A stretch of 64,000 nt of DNA from Mytilus californianus (Eukaryota), in the NCBI RefSeq assembly GCF_021869535.1, contig NW_026262701.1, forward strand, positions 110,918,001-110,982,000, given 5' to 3'. The notes under the pieces were generated by a model. It saw only the letters and a list, made by a program, of their open reading frames with translations. It did not search any database and had not been told where the DNA came from. The translations under genes and the position numbers were made by a program. Shown here piece by piece: positions 1-11,300 of the stretch (its first letter is position 1; the number at the start of each line of letters is the position of its first letter).

Positions 1-534
1 ATTCAAAAAGGCTTGTAATTGCATACACACAACTACAGCAATTGTCAAAAGAATCAGAACAATACACTTGGTAGGATTATTTTAAACATATTTTATATGC
101 AAAAGTAGCAGAAGGAATTGGACACAAGTTATACCAACATTAGTGACGTCCTTTCTCCTGCTTGATATGAACTGCATACCCTTCCGAATTACCAGAGTTC
201 CTGATTTTACGAGGTTTGTGTTGCTCAATATTACTTTCCTCTGTACAATGTTCTCTTTACCACTTTTTTTCTGTTTGTGTTATTGTCTTTTGATCATAAT
301 ATCGGCTGTTAAACTTCGATCTTCAGTATCTGATTGCTCTTTGATAAAAATCGTTATAGGGTTTTCAAAAGATTACCTCATTGCAAGACAAGTTACAAGT
401 AACTTGTATTGCGTTTCTTCACAAAACCTTTGCATCATTTGAAAATAAATAGAACGTTTCAGATTTAAGCATTTCGTGCCATAATGAAGCCTCATTTATG
501 GAGAAATAATACGCTGGATATAAATAGCATATTA

Positions 535-2356
535 AAACTAGAGGCTCTCAAGAGCCTGTGTCGCTCACCTGATTTTACTGTGGTTTTGGAAATAATGTAA
601 AAATAGATTAAAATCATAACAGATACCCTAATAATGATTGAGGCCAAATTTGGTTTAATATTGGCGCCGTAATTTAATCAAAAGCAGAAGATTTTTGTAA
701 AGTTTACAGAAATTACCAATAAATTAATTGAAATTGTAGAAAATGACTTTATAAGGACAATAACTCCAACAAGATGTAAATTGACAATTTTGCTCATGTT
801 GACTTATGTGTAGATCTTCTTTTCTTGAAATTTTTGCAGTTTACAGTATATCTCCATCTATAAAGATACATGTATTAAGGTCTTCATCAGCACCTCATAA
901 GGAACATTTATGCCATGTTTGGTTTCATTCCATTTAGTGCTCCTCTAGAAGAAACATTTGTATGTATTTCCCATAGGGTCTTATGTTAAACTAAGTCCCC
1001 TGCTGGCGGCAATCTTGGATGTATTTCATATAGGGACCTCATAAGGAACATTCATGCCATGTTTGGTTTCATCCCATTTAGTGGTTCTCTAAAAGAAAAC
1101 ATTTGTGTGTGTTTCCCATAGGGTCCTATGTTAACCGAAGTCCTCGCTGGCGGCCATCCTGAATGATGGATCGCCTACACATTTACAACCATGTTTTATT
1201 TCATTCCATTCAGTGGTTCTCTAAAAGAAGACATTTGTATGTTTTTCCCAGAGGGTCCTATGTTAAACTAAGCCCCCCCTCTAGCGGCCATCGTGGATGA
1301 TTGATCGACTTCAAAGTAACAACACTTGGGGTCAACACCTCATAAGGAACATTCATGCCATGTTTCGTTTCATTCAATTCAGTGGTTCTCTAAAAGAAGA
1401 CATTTGTATGTATTGTCCATAGGGTCCTATGTTAAACGAAGTCCCGCCGCTGGCGGCCATCTTGGATGATTGATCGCTACAAAGTTACAACACTTGGTCA
1501 GCACCTCATAAGGAACATTCATGCCATGTTTTATTTCATTCCATTTATTGGTTCTCTAAGAGAAGACATTTGTATGTATTTCCAATAGGGTCCTATGTTA
1601 AACGATGTCCCCGCTGGCGGCCATCTTGGTTAATGAATCGGCTTCAAAGTAACAGCACTTGGTCAGCACTTCATTAGTAACATTCATGCCATGTTTTATT
1701 TCATTCAATTCAGTGGTTCTCTAAAAGAAGACATTTGTATGTATTGTCCATAGGGTCCTATGTTAAACGAAGTCCCCCGCTGGCGGCCATCTTGGATTAT
1801 TGATCGCTACAAAGTTACAACACTTGGTCAGCACCTCATAAGGAACATTCATGCCATGTTTTATTTCATTCCATTTATTGGTTCTCTAAGAGAAGACATT
1901 TGTATGTACTTCCCATAGGGTCCTATGTTAAACGATGTCCCCGCTGGCGGCCATCTTGGTTGATGAATCGGCTTCAAAGTAACAGCACTTAGTCAGCACT
2001 TCATTAGTAACATTCATGCCATGTTTTATTTCATTCCATTCAGTGGTTCTCTAAAAGAAGACATTTGTATGTATTGCCCGTAGGGTCCTATGTTAAACTA
2101 AGTCCCCCTCTGGCGGCCATCTTGGATGATGGATCGGCTTCAAAATAACATCACCCGGTCAGCATCTCATAAGAAACACTCATGCCATGTTTTATTTCAT
2201 TCCATTTAGTGGTTCTCTGAAAGAAGACATTTGTATGTATTTCCCATAGGGTCCTATGTTAAACTAAGTCACCCTCTGGCGGCCATCTTGGTTGATGAAT
2301 CGGCTTCAAAGTTACAACACATTGTCACTTGGCCCTTCCTGCCAGGTGAGCTAATA
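535..2356 (-). mobile_element. Helentron-type non-autonomous element (HINE) carrying an approximately 165-bp satellite array
   Basis: Subterminal inverted repeats GCTCACCTG (563-571) / CAGGTGAGC (2343-2351); terminal hairpin AGGCTC..GAGCCT (542-557) next to an A-run; internal tandem units at about 890-2330. Confidence 0.75.
890..2330. repeat. Satellite array of about 9 units of roughly 165 bp with an A/B 330-bp higher-order dimer
   Basis: Unit starts near 1336, 1501, 1666, 1831, 1996, 2161; units 330 bp apart (1501/1831, 1666/1996) share diagnostic variants. Confidence 0.9.
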
Positions 2357-2800
2357 AGAAGATGTAGTATAATTGCCAATGAGACAACACTCCACCAGAG
2401 ACCATATGACATAGAAGTTAACAACTATAGGTTACATTCGGCCTTCAACAATGAGCAAAAACCCATACCGCATAGTTAGCCATAAAAGGCGCAAAATGAC
2501 GATTGTAAAACATTTCAAACGAGAAAAATAAGGGCCTAATTTATGTCAAAAACAATGAACGAAATTCAAATATGATATACAGCAACAAACGACAGCTCCT
2601 GACTTGGGACAGACACATACAGGATGTGGCGGGGTTAAATACGTTAGCGGGCGTCCAACCCTCCCCCTTACCATGAAACAGTGGTGTAAAAGTACAACAT
2701 ATAAACAAACTATAAAAATCAGTTGAAAAGGGTTTAACTCACCAGATCGATACAAAGCAGAAAAACAAGTAACGAAAATACAGACCGGACGTGACAAGGT
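2354..2800 (+). repeat. Interspersed repeat family 1 (ATAAGAAGATGTrGTAT.ATTGCCAATGAGACAAC...GGCCTTCAACAATGAG)
   Basis: Related copies in the window at about 4520-4790 (-), 40790-41125 (-), 46580-47000, 52885-53110 (+), 53650-53790 (-). Confidence 0.75.
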
Positions 2801-3305
2801 ATATATACATCCCTAAAACAAAAATAGACACCAAGTACAGACCTGAGAGTACTCACAGTTACTGACAGCTAGGTCAATGCCAATAACAACTAATAAAAAA
2901 TCGTGTATCTAAGACTAAAGCAAGAATGTTTCAAGCTTTTCCTTGTTTAAGAAACCTCTTAATGGTGACTTTCTAAATTCGTATGCGCTTTTTTGAATCA
3001 GGGTTTCGACATGCTTATATAACGTTTTGCCAGCTTTGAAATTAAGCTAGTAATCTAAAATATCACTTGTTCAAGTCACATTTGTCTGACAGATCTCAAT
3101 GTGATTGTGGTGATGCAGTGAAGTACAGTTTCCACTCCTTTTGTACGAGACTGGCGTACAAAATCATAAACCTTGTATCAATGATGAGTTTATCAACAAT
3201 CCCTGGGTCGATTCCAGTGCTGGTGGAGGATTTCTCCCCGAGGGCATCACCTGCCCAGTAGTCAGCACTTCATGCTTTATTTTGCCTTTTTAACGTTTTT
3301 GATTC

Positions 3306-3349
3306 GAGCATTACTGATGAATCTTTTGTAACGAAACTCACGTCTGTCG
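3306..3349 (+). ncRNA. Degenerate minimal type I hammerhead ribozyme motif (family A)
   Basis: gagcatta CTGATGA atct tttgt aac GAAA ctcacg TC tgtcg: core intact, stems I-III mismatched. Confidence 0.55.
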
Positions 3350-3522
3350 TACACAATTTCAATCCTGGTATCTGTGGTGAGTAAATTTATGTTTGTCTCC
3401 TCTGTATGAGACAACGGATACACCTTTTCCGTGACATCAGTAAGTTTAAAGGTAATCAAGATATTGATATACTCTTAAGTGGTTCACCTGACTAAACAGT
3501 ATATGAAACTATAGAAATTACT

Positions 3523-3697
3523 GTTATAGTTCAAGACTACATTGACAGTTATAGTTCAAGACTACATTGACAGTTATAGTTCAAGACTACATTGGCAGTT
3601 ATAGTTCAAGACTACATTGACAGTTATAGTTCAAGACTACATTGACAGTTATAGTTCAAGACTACATTGACAGTTATAGTTCAAGACTACATTGACA
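3523..3697. repeat. 25-bp minisatellite x7 (GTTATAGTTCAAGACTACATTGACA)
   Basis: Seven units read directly; one A>G variant in unit 3. Confidence 0.97.
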
Positions 3698-5679
3698 GTA
3701 CTAGGAGATTCTCAAAATTTGATCCGTTTCACGTTTATTTACCTTTTTGAAAACCTTTTAATCTATTTGTTTATTTTGAATATTTGTTCAGTTGTGTATC
3801 TCTCTCTTTCCATTTCACTAAATTATATTTTTCTATCATTCTTACCAGTCAAATTCAATACGAAACATTAAAATTTTTAAACACCTCAAATTATTTGCTT
3901 CAATATGGTGGACTGTCTAATATTATATAGTGTTTGACATTTTATGTTTTGTGCACCATGTGTATTAATGTTATGGTCAATCCGCATCAACAATATATCC
4001 ACTTCGATTCTCATTTTATGGATTTATAGCGATTGCATATATCCAACTCCATTATACTTAAACTTTCAGTATAGTTGGATTTACATAATCCCTGGATTGA
4101 TTTTCGGTGGGCAGGACTATTTAGATGTATTTTATGTACATATAGTTATGTCGTGTCCTTCTTGTATATTTGGACAGGATTAGTAAATATATTTTGTAAT
4201 TGTTTTCCAGTCCATTTGATTTGATTATCATAAAATATTTGAAATTTAAAATTTTGATTGACCTGGAATGTCTTACACTTGCCAAGCTATACTTGGCTTA
4301 TGGGACAATTCGCACATTACTGTGTCAGGGAAAATATTACAAATCTAATTGTTAAATCCACGCAAGCGTTTTCATAATAATTTTATAGACATGCACCATA
4401 TGGCCATTTTTATAAAGAATAAAAAGAAATAACTGCATGAAAATATGCTTAAAATAAACATTGTGATTTTTTTTTACAGTTTTATTAGTTGTTATTGCCT
4501 TTGAACTAACTTTCAGTAACCGTCCCGGGTTAGGGAGCGGGCTGGGCGCCCGCAAACATGTTTGAGGCCACCACATTTTGTATGTGCCTGTCCAAGGTCA
4601 GGAGCCTGTAATTCATTGGTTGTCGTTGGTAACTGTTTATCATATTTGTTTTTCATTTATTGTTTTGTACATACATCAGGTCATTAGTTTTCTTGTTTGA
4701 ATTGTTTTACATTTGTTATTTTTGGGCCTTTTTAGATGGCTATGCGGTATGGGGTTTGCTCGTCGTTAAAGGTCTTACGTTGTAAACGTCAATAGGACAT
4801 GACCTCAAACATAACAAAATTAAGATATCTATAGTGAAAAAAGTCTTCAATAATAGACAAATGCATATACATGTATATGTCAAGCTCTAAATCTTCTCGA
4901 CCTTTAACTCGTTTTTCCCAAAAAATTATTTTATAGTGGTCTTTGAACAATAACTTATCAATATAAGTAATTTCTATTTCTGTATTGTTAATGATTTGTT
5001 ATTCTGTAACTTCGTTGATGCCATAAATTTAATACTTTTATGAAATAATATTAATTTAAAGGATTTTAATACAAAAAATGAACAATAAAATATAAACAAT
5101 AACGTTCTTTTCCTAATATTGATATCTATAATAATACAAACATTTTTCCAGATCTATAAATACAATAAAATAACGTTTAATTTCTATTTTCCGGTATAAC
5201 GTTAGTTGTAAAGAGCAATGCAAAACACAAAAATCGATACACAACAACCTCATCACAGGGGAAAAGATAGGAGGGGGGGGGGGGTCTTAACATGGCATTT
5301 TAGGGCACAGACGTGCGGCTGGGATTTTGAAAACACCCTTAATCATATATTGAAGTCTTGTGAAAATCACAACTCATAAATATACTTCATATTAAAATCA
5401 TAACACATTCAAATATTTTGATTTGATTTAAAGGATAAAACAGCATATATACAAATATCTAATCAAAAGATGAAAATTAATGACCCATTGACATTTGTTC
5501 GTGGTGAAATTGTAACCCATATAAAGTTGACATTTCAAAAAGGGACCCATTCCAGAGGCACGTATGTGTATACCTTCACAAAGGAAGAAACAACCTGCCC
5601 TCGAAAATCAGATACATTTTGCATTCAGCTTGCAACACAACAACAGAGTTCGTCAAACACTTTTTTCCAGTACATTCTT

Positions 5680-8363
5680 TTATATCCGTGTATATATGTT
5701 CCTACGTCGTGGGCGGCAAATCAAGCACATAATTGCTGTCGCGATACAAATGATAGCCAAAATTGTGCCAACTATAATGACGACGATAATGCCCGCAGCT
5801 AATTCTACCACGCATGCCAGTTCGTCGATATCGTTTCCACAGTTGTTGTAACCATTACATTCTAGATGTCGTCGGATACAAAAGCCATTTCCACAACCAA
5901 ACTCACTCTCTTGACATGTACCTAGGAAAAGTAATAAACAGTTGACAACGGACATTTATATTCAATGGTTATTGAAATTAGCTCCTTGAAAGCTTTATCA
6001 AAATTTGGTCTATACATGTATAATTCACAAACTCATTATAGATACCAGATTAAAATTTTGTGCGCCAGACTCGTGTTTTGTTTACGAAAGACTCATAGGT
6101 GACGATCGAAACAAATAATAGTTCAGATATGAAAACTGTCATAAATGTATAACATTTGTGGTGGAAGGTGGTGTTAAGTAACCGTGACGAAATTCAATGG
6201 AAAAAAACTCTTTACTTTGTGGATCAGGATCTGCTTACCCTTCCGGAGCACCTGGCGTTGTCAGTTTATTTTCGACTTATGAGTTTGAATGTTCCTTTGG
6301 TATCTTTCGACCCTCTTTTACTCAAAATAAGCAAATGTTACATGTGACTTAATTGAACAATTTGATACTAATTCAAATACATCTAAAGGTTAATACCTGT
6401 ATGCGCTGCTGTTAACACGACTCTGAAGTTTGATGTTTGGTTCACGTCTCTAAACTTGAAGGTCATGTATTGTTGTGTAGAATTATAATATAAATCAAGA
6501 CTCTCCTTATTACCACAAACACCATTTGGACCTATAAAGGGAACAAATATAATACTGGTATAATATAAGTAAGTGTTTTATTCAGAGTCACCACATATAT
6601 ATCAATTTAACAATAAAAATGAGCTATAGACATGTATTTAACAAAAAAACTGCCTGTATATGTTAATACATGTAGATATTCTAAACAAAATATGGATCAG
6701 AAACTGACTGCTGTTGTAAATTTACTTGTCATAAAGAAGATTTTTAGAACTATTTTGGTATGAAGTATTGCATGTTTTGTTTAGATTTAACATTATGCTA
6801 ATATATTTCACTCAGATTATCATTAAATATATATATTGTTAAAACGGTCAGACTCTTTAATTTTGTACTTTTCAGTGGAAAGTAGTGTTTTTCTTCTAAT
6901 TTGTATATAAATCATATATTATTTTAACCAATAAAGCTTGTTTATTTTTTGTTTATTTGTTTAATATCAATTCAAATTTTGGATTTTAAATCAATGGGAC
7001 TTTGCTTGTGATCTATTGACAAACTGCAGTTAATATAATTGTTTTTAAAAATAATGTTTAAGCCTCATTTAGTAATTATCAATCTTTTATAAATTGGATA
7101 GATGTAAATAATTCTATCAGATAGCTGAAGTTTTGTTTTAGAGGCAGTACTGAGATCATATTCATAGTTATTTTTACTATGGACAAGTAATAGAAATACA
7201 GAAAGTCAAAACTTAATTGATATTGGTACCAACATTATTATCATCTATGTATATAAACCCATATATCTATGGTATTAGTCTAACCTGTAAGAGCCTTATT
7301 TACACTTGTTCCTCGTTCATCATAAATATCCAAACGAGAATTGACACAATCTTTACTTTCATCTGTAGAAAATCTTTCAAAATATGCCAAGACTCTCCCA
7401 GGATACTTTGTCATGGGATTGTAAATAGACACAACACATGTCATATTAGGTAAAAGAGGATCTGATGAGGATTGTGTTAGTAACATGTCTCCATCTGTAG
7501 GTATTGTTAACATCTGTGAAGGACTACCACATACAGATTTCAATTCATCTGAAAGATAAAATAAATTTCACAGAAAAAGAAAGCATAATAAATATACATA
7601 TACATGAAAATTGTGAGAAGATACTAAAAGGATCAAACTCAAATCGCAGAGAAACAGTCCATTAATAAAAGGGTCATAAAAGAAATAAAAAGACGAACAA
7701 AATAGTATATGAACAATTAACATATGAACCCATGCGTAATATTCTATTTATAGTGTGATATTGTACATAGCTTTTTACTATCTCAAAAATATGTATCTAA
7801 AATATGACAAATTGCTGTTAATAGGATTCAATAAGATTGAGAGCTTGATGTACATATGGTATAGACATTTGTCATTAAATGGAAACAATTTGTTGACTTT
7901 GACATTTTTGAATGTTTCTTTTTATTTTTGTGTTTTGTTTTGTTTTGTTTTTTGTTTTGTTTTGTATGTGTGAAATGGAAAATAAGGGAATTGCTGACAG
8001 AAAATCCCTACACGCACTTGAAAAAATTTTAGTTTTTATTGCTATTCTTCATCCCAATGACATAGTGATAGTGAACTTTCAACAATCAGTAAAAGCTCAC
8101 ACCTCACTGTAAGTTCAAGACGGTCACAAGCACAGTTTTGAGTGGAATATTCTACTTAAGATGTCGACTTTTTTTCTCTCATTTGTTCCACATACGTTTA
8201 ACCCAACTGTTTTGGTTTTAATTTGGTACTTTCGTTTTGTAAAATTGGTATATACATATTTATAAAGTTTCTTCTTTCGTATTGACATAAACTTACATTT
8301 TGTGATAGATGAAACTTCCACAATAAACACTAGTAAACTAATCACCGAGTAGAACTTCGCCAT
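5680..8363 (-). CDS. Small type I membrane protein: signal peptide + one CUB domain + one LDL-receptor class A repeat + TM helix + short basic tail (about 235 aa, 4 coding exons)
   Basis: Exons 8363-8297 (MAKFYSVISLLVFIVEVSSITK, signal peptide-like), 7548-7285 (YELKSVCG...NMTCVVSI...DCVNSRLDIYD), 6531-6397 (GPNGVCGNK...YMTFKF...SNFRVVLTA), 5921-5680 (GTCQESEFGCGNGFCIRRHLECNGYNNCGNDIDELAC, hydrophobic LAAGIIVVIIVGTILAIICIATAIMCLIC, RPRRR, TAA). All introns GT-AG and phase 1, typical of CUB/LDLa modules. Confidence 0.88.
6063..6104 (-). ncRNA. Inactivated hammerhead ribozyme motif (family A) in intron 3 of the CUB gene
   Basis: Reverse complement: cgtca CCTATGA gtct ttcgt aaac AAAA cacgag TC tggcg. 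Stem I intact; the core CUGA and G12 are mutated. Confidence 0.55.
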
Positions 8364-11300
8364 ATTTGTCTTCAATTTTTCGTATTTGTTGACTAAATTG
8401 GACTTTGATCCGGTTTATTCAACCAGAAATAGTCATGTGAAAATGTGTAATCTACTGTGACCCAGACTGTGACAACTACCTCATATCTATATTCTACCCG
8501 ACACTCAATCTGTTAAAAAATTTGGAACCATGTGATAATTTGATTGACTTTATCAATACAAACAGGGATTTTGTTTAAAAAAATATAAATAATATCAAAC
8601 GCGGAAGTGAAAGTTTGACCCCATTTATACTATTTATATAATAATTGTCAACTTGTTACAGCTATTTTTATCTTGTACTGCTCTTTCATTTTCAAGTATA
8701 AAATTAAGATTGAACGAGGTAAAGGTTAGCTTTCATTTTAAATTCAGGGTTTATACAAAAATCCAGCTGGAATTATCCCTGGAGACCATGCATGATTGTT
8801 TCTGAGATACTGTAAAGGAAAAAACTATAAGATAAATAATTTTGTATTGTGCATAAAATTTTATCAATTAATATTCCGGGAAATAAAACACTTTTCGTAT
8901 TGTTTGTTAAACATGTGTTGTTGCTTTTTTTAGACATATTCATAAGTATTTTTTGCAACGTATGTGTATATAAACTAAATTCGTTCGAGGTGTAATGTTT
9001 ATTTTCTAAGTTTTCAGGAACATTGTTTAATCATAATATTTTTTGACCTTATCTTTTGGTAACTGCGAGAACTCTTAGATTGGTAATTTGTGTCTTTGAT
9101 CTGTTTGTTATTTGTCTTTGTGCTTTAGTACCGATCTTGTTTTTACTGTTTGCTCTTATGTTGTTCTTTCACACCAATGTCCCATGTTAGAGGGAGAAAC
9201 AAGGGCCTTTAAACATAATTTACCAGCCACATTCTTTCAGTACATTTTCCATACCAGGAGCCTACAATCCAGTGGTTTTCGTTGGTTGCGGTATCCCGTA
9301 TTGTTTTTCGTTTATTCTTGTAGTATAATATTGATATTTTTTTCTTTTTGAATTGTTTCACATTTTGTCACTACAGAGCCTGTCATAACTTACTATATGG
9401 GTTTTACAACGAGGCAATCTGAGTGTCAAGAGTAAACTATAGGTATATTCAACAAGACCGTGTATCGCTGAAGAACACAAAACGCCAAAGGGAATTGTCT
9501 GACTATCTGTGTATCGTTAAAGAGTTTTTATTTTGATTAACTTATATGTCAAGTGATGTTTTACATGTGTTATAATATAGGGGAAAAAAACCTAAAACAA
9601 TACAGCAAAAAAAAAACAAAACCACTAAAAACACACACAAAAAACATACAAGAAACAAAATAAAATTTGCAAAATTTGTGAATATTTTATAGATTGACTC
9701 AAATAATGGTGCGAGTGCATATTTTGGCTCATTAAATATTGAAAAAATCAATCTCACTTCTACTTCATTTAACGAGCGCTTCGAATAGTTAAGTTTTTAC
9801 TGAGTACACATAGGTATCTCCCCTGCTTTATTACAAGTTTGTGTGCTTATTGTCCAAATTTCATGGGATATTTTTAGAAACTAAAATAGAATTCAAATAA
9901 GGTCGATCAAATCGCACTATGCAAAACCACTTTGATTTGAACAAAAGTTTTTATTAAAGTGACGTCATCAAATCTTTTATTTTCAAGTAACTACGTTTAT
10001 TTCATTCCAATGTGCTCCTCTTCTTGCGTACTTGTTCCTTTATTCGTATAGGGCATATTCACACAAGGACTTCTAATGGTGCACAAAAAAATAGAGCATT
10101 ATTCTTTTACTTCACTTTCTACGGTTTAGACATTATCCTTACATTTAATAGTTGAATACGTTGGTCGCATCTATCCCATTGGTATTCTTGAAGGATACCA
10201 TAATACACTGATAGTCAGTAATGTCTTCTCATGCCTGATTTGCACATATAAATCAATAATGAATTACTTTCGAACGAAACTTTGCAATAAAAGAGGTAAC
10301 CTCTAAGAAGTTAAATTGGTTGACTGCTATAGAAAATTTGAGTTACACATTACCTCTAATATTTTCTATTTGTCGTAGACAAATTCCCGTCTTTCTTCCC
10401 TTATTTATGCATATCGCCATATTTGTACTACTCGTGAGAACACGGAGGGTGTAACTTTTTAGGCAGTAACTAATAAACCCTGAAGCACCTGCAATTCATT
10501 CCCGCTTTTTTTGTAAGTTTTATGTCGCTATATGTGTAGTTTTCTGTTTAACATTTTAAAGACTTTTGACGGTCTTAATCTTTGATTTTTTATATTTGTC
10601 ACAGTGTTGCCTGTCCGTATTCGAATTATGATTTACCTTCCCCCCTTTGACAGCTTCTTACTGTTCTAAAGAACTTATTCCAGATATAGAAATGAATAAT
10701 TTCTAATAGAGATTATAACTGTTAATAAATGCCCTAGAGGAGAAAAAATATCTGACTAGAAAATTAAATATATCGTCTTAATTTGACAAATATTTCAAAG
10801 AATATTTCTGCAAATAAAGTCAAAGAAATGGTTAAGTTTGAAGTTTTCAAAAATAAATATAAGGAATGTTCAAATTAAAAAAATACACGAGCAGATTATT
10901 TTTCTTGTAATTGACGTCAAAACACATGGTGTGAAAGTTCTACAAGTCGTCATTTACAATATAATTGAGGGCGTAAAATGTAATATCTATTTTCGAGATT
11001 TTCACACTAGGTGATTCGTGATCAGGTGTTGTCATTGAAATAGAAGCCGATTTATTGACCAATCATTCAAAATCTATGAAGAATAATCCCACGTACAACT
11101 TAAATAGGGAAATACAATTCTTTTTTATGAGTGCTTGCAAACCGCTGGAATAAGAACGAAAGATATCAAAAAGTAAGTTGCACATTTTATAATGCTCTCG
11201 AAATAGCAAAATTCTATATAAATGCATTATTTTATTTCTTCATATAAAACATGAGACGTTGGATTGTTTTAAAATGCATACTTAGAATTTTTTTATTTCA

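Noticed and set aside
143-442. 99-aa + strand ORF and possible - strand exon
   Set aside because: No recognisable domain; no convincing splice context in any frame.
3523-3697. CRISPR-like appearance of short tandem arrays (also 53463-53576)
   Set aside because: No spacers, no cas genes, eukaryotic context.
5596-5712. Alternative-frame C-terminus for the CUB gene (…YKRMYWKKVFDELCCCVAS*)
   Set aside because: Needs an unsupported frameshift; an open stretch of under 30 codons is expected by chance.
5470-5851. Two + strand ORFs of 110 and 95 aa
   Set aside because: Antisense shadows of the LDLa/TM exon.
7463-7475. Other CTGATGA/CTGAAGA heptamers (for example 7463, 14354, 46651, 63133) as hammerheads
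   Set aside because: No stem II-GAAA-stem III-UH arrangement follows them.
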